Source: Caldilineaceae bacterium (GTDB lineage: Bacteria > Chloroflexota > Anaerolineae > Caldilineales > Caldilineaceae). From it: DNA of 64,000 nucleotides. The notes below the pieces were generated by a model, which was not told where the DNA came from, made no database searches, and saw only the letters and a list, made by a program, of their open reading frames with translations. The stretch is from the NCBI GenBank assembly GCA_022824685.1, contig JAJDZJ010000033.1:2522-66521 (forward strand). Direction: 5' to 3'. This document shows, piece after piece, positions 27,722 to 37,009 of this stretch (position 1 is its first letter; each line of letters begins with the position of its first letter). A program made the translations under genes and the position numbers.

Positions 27722-28603
27722 ATGACAGTACTGGAAGGACAACCGCAACCGGTGCAACGTATGTCGTTGGGCGCAGGTTGGCGCCGCGCCTGGCGCACGG
27801 GGGATTGGTGGCGCCATCTGGGACTGGGCGGCTTCCTGTTTTTCATGTTTCTGCCATTCATTATCACGATAATCATTTCGTTCAAGGATATCCCTCAGTT
27901 CGACCACTACCCGTTCACTGTCACGTTTCCGCTCCACCCCGATAACTATCTTGAAGCCTGGCGCATCGTCTCTCGCTACATTTTGAACAGCATAATCACC
28001 AGCGGCACATCAGTGATTGGCATGGTTGTTCTGGCGGCTATAGCAGCGTGGGCTTTTGCGCGCTATCCTTTCCCAGGAAGGGAGCTGTTCTTCTTCGGCG
28101 TGTTGGCCCTGCTGATGGTGCCAGGCGAACTTACACTGATTCCGGCCTTCCTGTTGGTAAAGGACCTCGGTCTCCTGAATACCCGCTGGGTATTGATCGC
28201 CCCTTACATTGCGGGCGGGCAGGTTTTTGCCATCTTCATTCTGCGCCAGTTTTTTGAAGCTCTGCCGGGTGAGATGTTTGAGGCGGCGAGGATTGACGGC
28301 GCTAACGAACTGCAGGTGTTCCGTCACATTGGCATTCCGCTGTCGCAGTCGATTCTTGGTGTCGTCGCAATTATGCACGTTCTCAGCACATGGAACGACG
28401 TCATCTGGCCCCTGGTCACACTCCGCAGTAACGAACTGATGACCCTGACCATCGGACTCTACGCATTTCGGACAGCCTGGTACACGATTTGGGGGCCCCT
28501 GATGGCGGGTTATGTAATCGCTTCGATTCCTCTCATCATCCTTTTCGCATTTACAAGCCGCCTGTTTGTCGAAGGGCTTAGCTCCGGCGCCATCAAGATG
28601 TAA
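27722..28603 (+). CDS. Carbohydrate ABC transporter permease (MalG-like)
   Basis: EAARIDGANELQVFRHIGIPL (EAA loop), 293 aa. Confidence 0.85.
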   Translation: MTVLEGQPQPVQRMSLGAGWRRAWRTGDWWRHLGLGGFLFFMFLPFIITIIISFKDIPQFDHYPFTVTFPLHPDNYLEAWRIVSRYILNSIITSGTSVIGMVVLAAIAAWAFARYPFPGRELFFFGVLALLMVPGELTLIPAFLLVKDLGLLNTRWVLIAPYIAGGQVFAIFILRQFFEALPGEMFEAARIDGANELQVFRHIGIPLSQSILGVVAIMHVLSTWNDVIWPLVTLRSNELMTLTIGLYAFRTAWYTIWGPLMAGYVIASIPLIILFAFTSRLFVEGLSSGAIKM

Positions 28604-28641
28604 GCTGCTTGGGAGCGCTGCGGTCTCTCCTGCACATTTCA

Positions 28642-31524
28642 ATGCGTTCCATTAACAGCTATCTTGGCCTTTGGAGAATCGCTCTCCGTCGCTTCAGTTC
28701 CGAACCGGTGCTGACACTTTGTCTTCTGCTCGGGTGGAGTGTCGTGGTGGCGCTGGCCTCGGCGCCGCCGATGTACACTGACGCGGCCAACCGCTCCCTG
28801 CTGCAGCACGAACTGCAGACGGTGCCAAACCGCTCCGCTTTCTCATTCTTCTATCACTATGTAAAGGGCTCCAGCGTAGAAGGCGCCGATTGGGAGGCGT
28901 ATCAAGCGCTGAACCAGTATATGGAGACCCGATACAATCAGGACCTGGGGCTTCCGCACCGGTCGGACATGCACTATGTCAAGAGCGATCTCTTCCAGGT
29001 GTTTCCCAAGCGTGACGGCCAGTATGAACTGCGGGACAAGCCTCTATTGCGAGGCTACCTTGGCTTTATCGACCGCCTGGAGGAGTACGTTTCCGTTGCC
29101 GAGGGCGAATTTCCTGCGCATGCGCAGGAAAACGCCGAGGGGAGCAATGACGAGGTCGTAGACGTCCTCGTCAGCGAGGTATTCGCGGTAGAGGCCGGAT
29201 TGCAGGTGGGGGAGGGATATACCCTCTTCGACCCAAGCGCCCGCACGTCCACCGGCAATACTGTGCGGTTGGAAATACCGATACGCATTGCAGGGATATG
29301 GATTCCCCGCGCTGAAGGCGGCGCGACCTGGCATTTGCCGCCATTGTCCTTCGCCAACGTCTTCCTACTCCCTGAAGGCGCCTACATCAGCGAGATCGGG
29401 GCGAGGGTTCCGCACGCCTTGACCGACGTCGGCTGGTACAAGGTTGTTGACGGCGACTCGGTTCGCGCGGAGGACGTTGACCGGTTCCTGGGAAGAGTCA
29501 ATCGTGTCGACCGGCAGATCAAGAGCCGGATATCGACGACCTATCTGGAACTGTCACCGGTTTCCGCGCTGAGGCGGTACCGGCTGGTTGCTTCGAGCCA
29601 GGCGATCTTGCTGCTGCTTTTCAGCATACCCATTTTGGGGCTTGTTCTCTACTTTATCGTTCTCATCGCCGACAGCATGGTAAAGCGGCAGCAGATTGAG
29701 ATTTCGATCCTCAAGAGCCGGGGGGCAACGACCGGACAGATCTTCTCTATCTATCTGCTGCAAGGCGCTACGCTGGGGATCGTCGCGCTGGCAGTCGGAC
29801 CGATGTTGGGCCAGGTGGTTGCGCAGTTCATTGGCGGGACGCGCTACTTCATGACATTTGAGGCGCAGACGCCGCTCCAGATTGAGACGACGACCACCAG
29901 CATGACGTACACGGTTGTCGCGGTCGGGGGCGCCCTCTTTGCTACGGTCCTGCCGGCTATGGGGGCGGCGCGGCTGGCGATTGTCGAAGCCAAGCAGGAG
30001 ATAAGCCGCCGACAGCGACGCTCCTTCTGGGAGCGTTCGTACCTTGACGTTCTGTTGCTGGGCGTCGCGAGTTACGGCTATTACATGCTCAGGACCCAGG
30101 GACGAATCGCCTTTCTGCAGGCCGATGTCCCCACGGACCCGCTGGACAATCCGTTGCTGTTTCTGGCGCCGGCGCTGTTTATTCTGGCTGTTGCCCTCGT
30201 CGCCGTGCGTCTCTTCCCCATCCTCGCGTTAATTCTTAGTATGCTGTGGGCGCGCCTGGGCGGGATCTCGATGCTGCTGGCCTTCTATAATCTTGCGCGG
30301 ACGGGCAGGATTTATACCAGCTTGCTGCTGCTGCTCATCCTGACCACAAGCCTTGGAACTTTCACGGCGTCGATGGCGCGCACGTTGGATGCCAACCTGG
30401 TGGCGCGCATCTTCTACGAGGTTGGCGCGGATGTCACACTGACAGAGGGAGCGGCTTTGCGGATACTTCCCTCTGAAGACGGGGTTCCGGTAGAGGAAGG
30501 CGAAGAGGAGTTTGTCTGGATCAATCTGCCGGTGGACGAGCACAGGCAGGCGCCGGGGGTGAGGGCGGCGACCCGTATTGGCGAGTTCCCCGTATCGACG
30601 CGCGTCGGTGGCAGGTTGGTCAGCGGCAGGCTTTTCGGCATCGACCGCAGCCAGTTTCCGGAGGTGGCTTACTTTCGGCCGGACTTCGCGGACGACTCAC
30701 TCGGCGCGCTGATGAATGCGCTGGCCCTGGAATATAGCGGGGTCATCGTCAGCCGGACGATGTTGGAGGCGCTTGGGCTACAGGTAGGCGATACGATTGC
30801 GCTGAGCGGTCTCGTCCCGACAAGCAATGCGACATTTGATTTTCAAATCGTGGGGGCGATGGAACTGTTTCCAACCGTATACCCGGAGGACGGAGAGTTC
30901 TTTGTGGCCAACCTCAATTACATCTTTTCGCTCCTCGGCCATGAGGTCCCTTACAGAGTCTGGCTGGCCACGGAGGAGGCCATTGACCCGGACCTTCTGG
31001 TGAGTTCATTGGACGATCTAGGCTACAGGATTCTGTCGATGGAAGATGCGCATTCAGAGTTGGCGGAGGCGCAGGCCAGGCCGGCCCGGGTCGGGCTGTT
31101 CGGGTTTCTGTCGGTGGGCTTTATCGCCGTGGCCGTGCTGAGTATGCTGGCGCTGGTGATCTATTCAGCGCTGTCGTTTCGGCAGCGATTCATCCAGTTG
31201 GGCATATTGCGGGCGATGGGTCTTTCGACGAGTCAGCTCGTCTTTTCGCTTGGCGGCGAACAGGTTACGGTTACGACCGCGGGCATTGCCGCGGGCAGCT
31301 ACCTGGGGCTGCTGAGCAGTTATCTTTTTATTCCCTTCTACCAGATTGGGCACGATCAGGCGGACCTGGTGCCGCCGTTTGTCGTGCAGATCGCGTGGGA
31401 CGATGTGGCGCAACTTGTGCTGGCGATGCTATTCATGGTGCTGGCGGCCGCGGTGGGCACGCTATGGCTGCTGGTGCGAATGAAGACGTTCCAGGCGGTA
31501 AAGATGGGCGAAGCGCTGGCCTGA
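28642..31524 (+). CDS. Giant FtsX/MacB-type ABC permease with two FtsX modules (about 960 aa)
   Basis: Same architecture as 5278-8115 and alignable with it, for example FRQRFIQLGILRAMGLSTSQL versus RERFYQFGVLRAIGAFRRQL. It starts 39 nt after the MalG-like stop. Confidence 0.85.
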   Translation: MRSINSYLGLWRIALRRFSSEPVLTLCLLLGWSVVVALASAPPMYTDAANRSLLQHELQTVPNRSAFSFFYHYVKGSSVEGADWEAYQALNQYMETRYNQDLGLPHRSDMHYVKSDLFQVFPKRDGQYELRDKPLLRGYLGFIDRLEEYVSVAEGEFPAHAQENAEGSNDEVVDVLVSEVFAVEAGLQVGEGYTLFDPSARTSTGNTVRLEIPIRIAGIWIPRAEGGATWHLPPLSFANVFLLPEGAYISEIGARVPHALTDVGWYKVVDGDSVRAEDVDRFLGRVNRVDRQIKSRISTTYLELSPVSALRRYRLVASSQAILLLLFSIPILGLVLYFIVLIADSMVKRQQIEISILKSRGATTGQIFSIYLLQGATLGIVALAVGPMLGQVVAQFIGGTRYFMTFEAQTPLQIETTTTSMTYTVVAVGGALFATVLPAMGAARLAIVEAKQEISRRQRRSFWERSYLDVLLLGVASYGYYMLRTQGRIAFLQADVPTDPLDNPLLFLAPALFILAVALVAVRLFPILALILSMLWARLGGISMLLAFYNLARTGRIYTSLLLLLILTTSLGTFTASMARTLDANLVARIFYEVGADVTLTEGAALRILPSEDGVPVEEGEEEFVWINLPVDEHRQAPGVRAATRIGEFPVSTRVGGRLVSGRLFGIDRSQFPEVAYFRPDFADDSLGALMNALALEYSGVIVSRTMLEALGLQVGDTIALSGLVPTSNATFDFQIVGAMELFPTVYPEDGEFFVANLNYIFSLLGHEVPYRVWLATEEAIDPDLLVSSLDDLGYRILSMEDAHSELAEAQARPARVGLFGFLSVGFIAVAVLSMLALVIYSALSFRQRFIQLGILRAMGLSTSQLVFSLGGEQVTVTTAGIAAGSYLGLLSSYLFIPFYQIGHDQADLVPPFVVQIAWDDVAQLVLAMLFMVLAAAVGTLWLLVRMKTFQAVKMGEALA

Positions 31525-31546
31525 CCGACTCGGCGGGGGCGGAAAC

Positions 31547-31567
31547 ATCTGCCGGCTGCCGGCAGAT
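31547..31567 (+). terminator. Hairpin after the FtsX gene (weak terminator candidate)
   Basis: atctgccgg-ctg-ccggcagat forms a 9-bp stem. It is followed by tcggtta, a poor U-tract. Confidence 0.35.
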
Positions 31568-31599
31568 TCGGTTACCGGCCACCAAGGATTGGAGGCGTT

Positions 31600-32607
31600 A
31601 TGAAGGTCGGACTTGACGCATTGACACTGAAGGCGGTTAGCCTCGACCCATTGGAGCTACTGGAACTGACCAGAGCGCACAGTTTGGAGGGTCTGCACTT
31701 CTCGGCCCGTCTGTTGGAGGGTTGCGACGATGCCTATGTGGAGAGGCTGGCGGCGGAGGCACAGGCGCACGGGCTCTATCTGGAACTGGCCGGAGGCGGC
31801 GTCAACCCGCGGCAGAGCGGCCGGAACGCGGCCGAAATGGTGGCGGAGTGGAAGCCGCTCTTCACGCTGGCCAGGAAACTGAATGCGCCGATCCTGAATA
31901 CCTGTTTTGGCCTGCTCAAGGAGCGGACTTTCGCCTCGCCCACCCTGGCGGAACAGATTGAACTGACCACACAGGCACTGCGCGAGCTGAGCCTGATCGC
32001 GGCGGATTACGACGTGACGATAACGATGGAGCTCCATGTCGATTTGACGTCGCTTGAACTCGTCCGGATCATTGAGGATGTAAACTCGGAGCGCGTGCGC
32101 GTCAATCTGGACACGGCCAACGCCTTGGGGCTGCTCGAGGATCCCGTCGACGCGGCGCGAACGCTGGCTCCTTACGTCCACACGACCCATTTCAAGGACA
32201 CGTGCATCTACCCGACGGAGGAGGGATATAACTGGCAGGGGGGCGCGCCCCTGGGCCGCGGGCTGGTCGATCTGCCCGCTGTCGTCGAGATACTTTATGA
32301 GGCCAATCCAAACGTTCATCTGAACATTGAAGACAGTGGGGGGTTTATCCCGATTCCCATGTATGACGAGGCATTTCTCAACAGCTTCACCGATCTGACG
32401 CCGACCCGGATGGCCCGCTTTGTGCGCCACCTGTGGCGCGGCGAGCGGCAGGTGCGGGCCGGCCTTCATCCGCGCCCGGAGGAAAGCAAGGATATCGATT
32501 GGGCCGCGGTCATTCCGGCCCGGCTGCCGTACAATGTCGACTACGCGCGGCGGCTGCGGGACGAGACGGTGGCGCGCGTCGCGGACAGCGAAGAGCAGAA
32601 CCTGTGA
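31600..32607 (+). CDS. Xylose isomerase-like TIM-barrel protein (sugar phosphate isomerase/epimerase family)
   Basis: Typical HFS...E..G / ELH / NLDT.N / HFKD pattern (TITMELHVD, RVNLDTANA, HTTHFKD). Confidence 0.75.
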   Translation: MKVGLDALTLKAVSLDPLELLELTRAHSLEGLHFSARLLEGCDDAYVERLAAEAQAHGLYLELAGGGVNPRQSGRNAAEMVAEWKPLFTLARKLNAPILNTCFGLLKERTFASPTLAEQIELTTQALRELSLIAADYDVTITMELHVDLTSLELVRIIEDVNSERVRVNLDTANALGLLEDPVDAARTLAPYVHTTHFKDTCIYPTEEGYNWQGGAPLGRGLVDLPAVVEILYEANPNVHLNIEDSGGFIPIPMYDEAFLNSFTDLTPTRMARFVRHLWRGERQVRAGLHPRPEESKDIDWAAVIPARLPYNVDYARRLRDETVARVADSEEQNL

Positions 32608-32650
32608 TTGGGATGGCAAGTAGGTTTTAATTCCACCAGAGGAATCGAAG

Positions 32651-33841
32651 ATGACAGATTACAGAGCGGCTGTGATCGGGTGCGGACGGATGGCCCGGGG
32701 ACATATGAGGGCGTACGAGGAGCTGGCTATTCCGATCGTAGCGGGAGCGGATATCTCTGAAGATGCCCTGAATGCTTTCGCCGAAGAGACAGATGCCAAA
32801 GCGTTGTTTACCGACTACAGGAAGATGCTGGCTGAGATTAAGCCGGAGCTGGTGTCGGTCGTGACACATGATGCATTGCATTGTGAGATGGTGGTGGCCG
32901 CGGCGGAAGCGGGAACGAAGGGCATTGTGTGCGAGAAGCCGATGGCCATGAATTTGGCGGAGGCGGACGAGATGCTGGCGGCCTGCCAGGCGTCCGGCTC
33001 CCGGCTGACCATCAGCCATCAGCGCTACTATATGCCGCAGTATGCTCGCGCCCGGCAGTTGATTGCCGGCGGTGCAATCGGAAACGTCATATCGGCTGAG
33101 GCCTCGCTCAAGGCCGGCTGCCTGATGACGGACGGGACGCACACAATCCACATGTTACTGGCGCTGTTGGGAGAGCCGGAAGTCGATCACCTGTTGGGAC
33201 AGGTGGACGGGCATGAAGGCTATGAGTATTACGGGCACCGCTGTGAAAACGCGGGGATTGCCTTTTTGGCGTTTACAAACGGGTTAAGAGCCAGCATGGT
33301 CTGGGGCTGGATGGCGCGTGAGGCCGCGCGCGAGGAGGGAATCAGGCGGCAGAAGTCGTTGGATCCCAGTTGGAGCGACGAGCGCCATCGTTACCACCAT
33401 TTCATCATTCACGGCAGCGAGGGCAGGCTGGAACTCTACGGCGACGTATTCAAGATGGCTGATCTCGAGTCGACGCCTGCGTTGCGCATCTTCCGGGGCA
33501 GCGAATTCGAGGACATAGAGATTGAATGGCCGGCACCTGTCAGTGCAATAGGGCTTGAGGTCCAGGATCTGATCTACTCCATTGAAACTGGGGCGCCCCA
33601 TCCACTGGATGGAGAAAACGGCCGCAAGGTCACCGAAGTGATGATTGGCATCTATGAGTCGGCGCGGCGCCGCTCAGTCATCAGATTCCCGGTCGAGGCG
33701 CGGGACAATCCGTTCCTGGCGATGTGCGAAACAGGCGACTTTCCGCCGCAAGGGGATGAGACGGGGAGGCATGTTTCCCCGAACGAGCGCGAAAGGTGGC
33801 GTGTCCGATCTGAAACCGAAAAAGGGAAAGGAGCATCGTGA
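32651..33841 (+). CDS. Gfo/Idh/MocA-family NAD(P) oxidoreductase
   Basis: YRAAVIGCGRMARGH Rossmann N-terminus and the GIVCEKPMA motif. Confidence 0.85.
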   Translation: MTDYRAAVIGCGRMARGHMRAYEELAIPIVAGADISEDALNAFAEETDAKALFTDYRKMLAEIKPELVSVVTHDALHCEMVVAAAEAGTKGIVCEKPMAMNLAEADEMLAACQASGSRLTISHQRYYMPQYARARQLIAGGAIGNVISAEASLKAGCLMTDGTHTIHMLLALLGEPEVDHLLGQVDGHEGYEYYGHRCENAGIAFLAFTNGLRASMVWGWMAREAAREEGIRRQKSLDPSWSDERHRYHHFIIHGSEGRLELYGDVFKMADLESTPALRIFRGSEFEDIEIEWPAPVSAIGLEVQDLIYSIETGAPHPLDGENGRKVTEVMIGIYESARRRSVIRFPVEARDNPFLAMCETGDFPPQGDETGRHVSPNERERWRVRSETEKGKGAS

Positions 33842-34599
33842 TGGGAATTTTACAGGGAAAGGTTGCGCTGGTAACGGGCGCGCGACGGGGGATCGGACGC
33901 GGCATCTGCCTGGCGATGGCCGCGGAGGGCGCTGACGTGGCCGTCAATGATGTGGAGGGCGCGGAACAGGCTGAGGCGGTGGCGCAGGAGGTGCGCGATT
34001 TGGGCGGCCGCGCGCTGGTGGCTATGGCCGATGTCGCTCAGCCCGACCAGGTTCAGGCGATGGTGGACAAGGTGGTTGCGGAGTTGGGCGGGCTGGATAT
34101 TCTGGTGAACAATGCCGGCGTGGAGTCGATCGTTCCCTTCCTGGAAATCACGCCGGAGGAGTGGGAGCGGGTGACGAACATCAATCTGCGCGGCGAGTTT
34201 CTGTGCGCGCAGGCGGCGACGCGACAGATGATCGCCGGCGGAAAGGGCGGCGCAATCGTCAACATTGGCTCGGTGCAGGCGGGGATGGTGCTGCCGGGGC
34301 GGGCGCACTACGCCCCGAGCAAACGGGGCGTTGAAGCGCTGACCGCAAACCTGGCGGTCGAGCTGGCGGAGCACAACATACGCGTCAACTGCATCAATCC
34401 GGGTCTGATCGATACGGATATGACGAGCTGGGTGATGAAGGATCCTGAGATTCTGCCGGTTGTCCTGGAGAGCATCGCGCTGAAACGCGCGGGCGCCCCG
34501 GACGAAATCGGGCAGGTGGCGGCATTTCTGGCTTCAGACAAGGCAAGCTATGTGACGGGGCAGTCTCTCTACGTGGACGGTGGATTCCGCATCATGTAG
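33841..34599 (+). CDS. Short-chain dehydrogenase/reductase (SDR)
   Basis: VTGARRGIGRG, NNAG and YAPSK. Its ATG overlaps the upstream TGA (TGATG). Confidence 0.88.
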   Translation: MGILQGKVALVTGARRGIGRGICLAMAAEGADVAVNDVEGAEQAEAVAQEVRDLGGRALVAMADVAQPDQVQAMVDKVVAELGGLDILVNNAGVESIVPFLEITPEEWERVTNINLRGEFLCAQAATRQMIAGGKGGAIVNIGSVQAGMVLPGRAHYAPSKRGVEALTANLAVELAEHNIRVNCINPGLIDTDMTSWVMKDPEILPVVLESIALKRAGAPDEIGQVAAFLASDKASYVTGQSLYVDGGFRIM

Positions 34600-34658
34600 A
34601 TGGCGGCGATTGCCGGCTGCAGGATATTCGGCTGGGCTCATCGATTGAGGAGAGGAAA

Positions 34659-35513
34659 ATGAAGATCGGTCATACTGGAATCACCTGGGGCATTCCGGGG
34701 GATGTTGAGCAGGCGTACCGGGAAACTGCCGAACTCGGGTACCAGGGCTTTGAGACGTTTGCGTTCAAGATTCTTGAAATCAACGAGAGCCTGCCGGGAG
34801 GGTATCGCGGTCTGGTTGAAAGCGTTGGCATCCCTACGGGGGCAGCTTACTGTTACAAGGAGTGGATCAACTCGGAGACAGCGGATGCCGAACTGGAGGA
34901 GGCCCGCCGGGAGGCCGATTGTTTGCGTGCGCTGCCCGGCGGGGAGACGCTGGTTCTGCAGGGCGGTCCGCGCCCTGCGGACGGTTATACCCTGGACCAG
35001 TTTCGGCGGCTGGCCGACGCGCTGAACCGGATCGGCGAGTATTGCCGCGAGAACGGACTTGCGGCGGGGCTGCACCCACATACGGGCACCGCAATCGAGA
35101 CCCGTGACGACATCGACACGATTCTGGGCCTGGTCGATGCATCGCTAATCGGATTCGCGCCCGATACCGGTCAGATTGCCAAGGGGGGCAGCGACATTCT
35201 GGAGGTGATGCGCACCTACCGCGACCGCATTGTCCATGTGCACCTCAAGGACTGGAACGGGCGTTACGAGCGCGACGAGGATGGCAAGGAGATCGACCAC
35301 AGCGGCTATGTAAACTACGAGCCGATCGGCAGCGGCATCCTGCCCATGCCGGAGATTTTTGACATTCTTGCGGAGATAGACGGCTTTGGCGGTTGGGTAA
35401 ACGTCGAACTGGATGGAACGCCGCGCGCGCCGAGGCCGGCGCGGGAGGCGGCCAGAATGAGTCGGCAGTATCTTGAGTCGGCGTTAGGAGACAGCGCCGC
35501 CTGGACCGCGTGA
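34659..35513 (+). CDS. Xylose isomerase-like TIM-barrel protein (IolE-like)
   Basis: KIGHTGITWG, LHPHTGT, GFAPDTGQ and HVHLKD motifs. Confidence 0.75.
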   Translation: MKIGHTGITWGIPGDVEQAYRETAELGYQGFETFAFKILEINESLPGGYRGLVESVGIPTGAAYCYKEWINSETADAELEEARREADCLRALPGGETLVLQGGPRPADGYTLDQFRRLADALNRIGEYCRENGLAAGLHPHTGTAIETRDDIDTILGLVDASLIGFAPDTGQIAKGGSDILEVMRTYRDRIVHVHLKDWNGRYERDEDGKEIDHSGYVNYEPIGSGILPMPEIFDILAEIDGFGGWVNVELDGTPRAPRPAREAARMSRQYLESALGDSAAWTA

Positions 35514-35579
35514 GGCGCGAAGGGGCCCCCTGCAAATGAGCTTTTGACAGGAGAAAAACCAGCAAAAGAGTAACGCGAC

Positions 35580-36530
35580 ATGACGATCAGTTTCGTAGAC
35601 GCGCTCAAAGAAGATGACCGGGCTGCTTTGCGGGCCGCCCCCAAGGTAGACCTGCACTGCCATGCCTTTTTCAGCACACGGCGCCGCAATCTGGAGAGAC
35701 GACTGGGCTGCAGCCTTGAGCCTCCTCCAGCCAGGATGAATAAGCTGGGGGGGATGATCGTGTACGCGATGGACGTACTGGACCCCCACTTGCGAAACCG
35801 GGAAACCATCGAGTTCGTGGTGGAGTCTGCAGTGCGCGACGCGATCAAGGATGGCGTGGTTGTCCTGGAAATGAGTCTGGATATCCGGCGCGCTGCCTAC
35901 TATGCAGACGGTCTGGCCGGCGTCGAGAACCATATCCGCGCTCTGGCCGACCAATACCGGCCGCAGATTGAGCTGCGGCCGGAGCTGGGCATTCCCCGCC
36001 AGGCCGCATCCGACCCTGAGCTGATGCCGCTTGCGCATGAGGCGCTCGAGTTGGGCTTTTTTCAGTCGATAGACCTTTACGACCATCAGGAGGCGTGCGA
36101 GCCCGAGGCGGTCGAAGACCTGTATGCGAAGGCTGGCGCCGCGGGGATGAAGCGGAAGGCGCACGTGGGGGAGTTCGGGGGCGCGGAGGAGGTGCGGCGG
36201 ACGGTCGAACTGCTTGGCCTGGACGAAGTTCAGCACGGCATTGGCGCAGCCGAGTCGGTGGAGGTGATGCGCTGGCTGGCAGAGAACCGGATTCGACTGA
36301 ATGTTTGCCCGACGAGCAACGTGATGCTGGATGCGGCGCCAGACCTGGCGCGCCACCCGATCCGCCCTCTTTTCGACAACGGTGTTCCGGTCACGATCAA
36401 CACGGACGATCCGATGATCTTTGATCAGAGCGTCTCTGACGAGTACCGCAACCTCTACCAGGCAGGCGTTTTCAGTGCGGGTGAACTGGACGAGATCCGG
36501 CTGGCGTCGCTTGCGGAAGTTGTTGTCTGA
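35580..36530 (+). CDS. Adenosine/AMP deaminase-family metallohydrolase
   Basis: VDLHCH (HxH), AHVGEFGG and VTINTDDP. Confidence 0.75.
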   Translation: MTISFVDALKEDDRAALRAAPKVDLHCHAFFSTRRRNLERRLGCSLEPPPARMNKLGGMIVYAMDVLDPHLRNRETIEFVVESAVRDAIKDGVVVLEMSLDIRRAAYYADGLAGVENHIRALADQYRPQIELRPELGIPRQAASDPELMPLAHEALELGFFQSIDLYDHQEACEPEAVEDLYAKAGAAGMKRKAHVGEFGGAEEVRRTVELLGLDEVQHGIGAAESVEVMRWLAENRIRLNVCPTSNVMLDAAPDLARHPIRPLFDNGVPVTINTDDPMIFDQSVSDEYRNLYQAGVFSAGELDEIRLASLAEVVV

Positions 36531-36647
36531 GTCGCTATCTGCCCCGAACTGTGATAGGCTACCCCACATCAAGAAGCGCCCACGCAGGTCAGCGGCAATC
36601 CTACAGTCTTGACAATCCCCAACTACGCTAAAAGGAGAAAGACTCGC

Positions 36648-36968
36648 ATGTATGTCATCATCGCCCCCTTAGTCATCAAAGAGGAGTTCACTGACCGGTT
36701 CATCGAAGAGATTACCCTGGACGCCCAGGGTTCGATGAAGAATGAGCCCGGATGTCTGCGGTTTGATGTAATCCGGGATGGCGACGATCCGAACAAAATC
36801 TGGCTATATGAGGTCTATGTCGATGAGGCCGCGTTCCAGGCGCACATGGAGACGCCGCACTTCATCAGGTGGCGGGATACAACCGAAGATTGGGTCGCAG
36901 AGCGGCCGGAAGGCAGGGCCATCGGCGCGTCGATCATCTGGCCGCCCGCCGAAGACTGGGAAAAGTAG
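36648..36968 (+). CDS. ABM-domain (antibiotic biosynthesis monooxygenase-like) protein
   Basis: A 106-aa ferredoxin-like ORF: CLRFDVIRD...IWLYEVYVDEAAFQAHMETPHF. AAGGAGA lies before the ATG at 36648. Confidence 0.75.
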   Translation: MYVIIAPLVIKEEFTDRFIEEITLDAQGSMKNEPGCLRFDVIRDGDDPNKIWLYEVYVDEAAFQAHMETPHFIRWRDTTEDWVAERPEGRAIGASIIWPPAEDWEK

Positions 36969-37009
36969 CGCTCTACGGGATCGAACAGTAGCGGGCCGCT
37001 GGCCTGAGC

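Noticed and set aside
35580-36530. Adenosine-deaminase-family gene as a RADAR-like (RdrB) defence effector
   Set aside because: It is only 316 aa, has no adjacent RdrA-type ATPase, and is embedded in a co-directional catabolic array. A metabolic role is far more likely.
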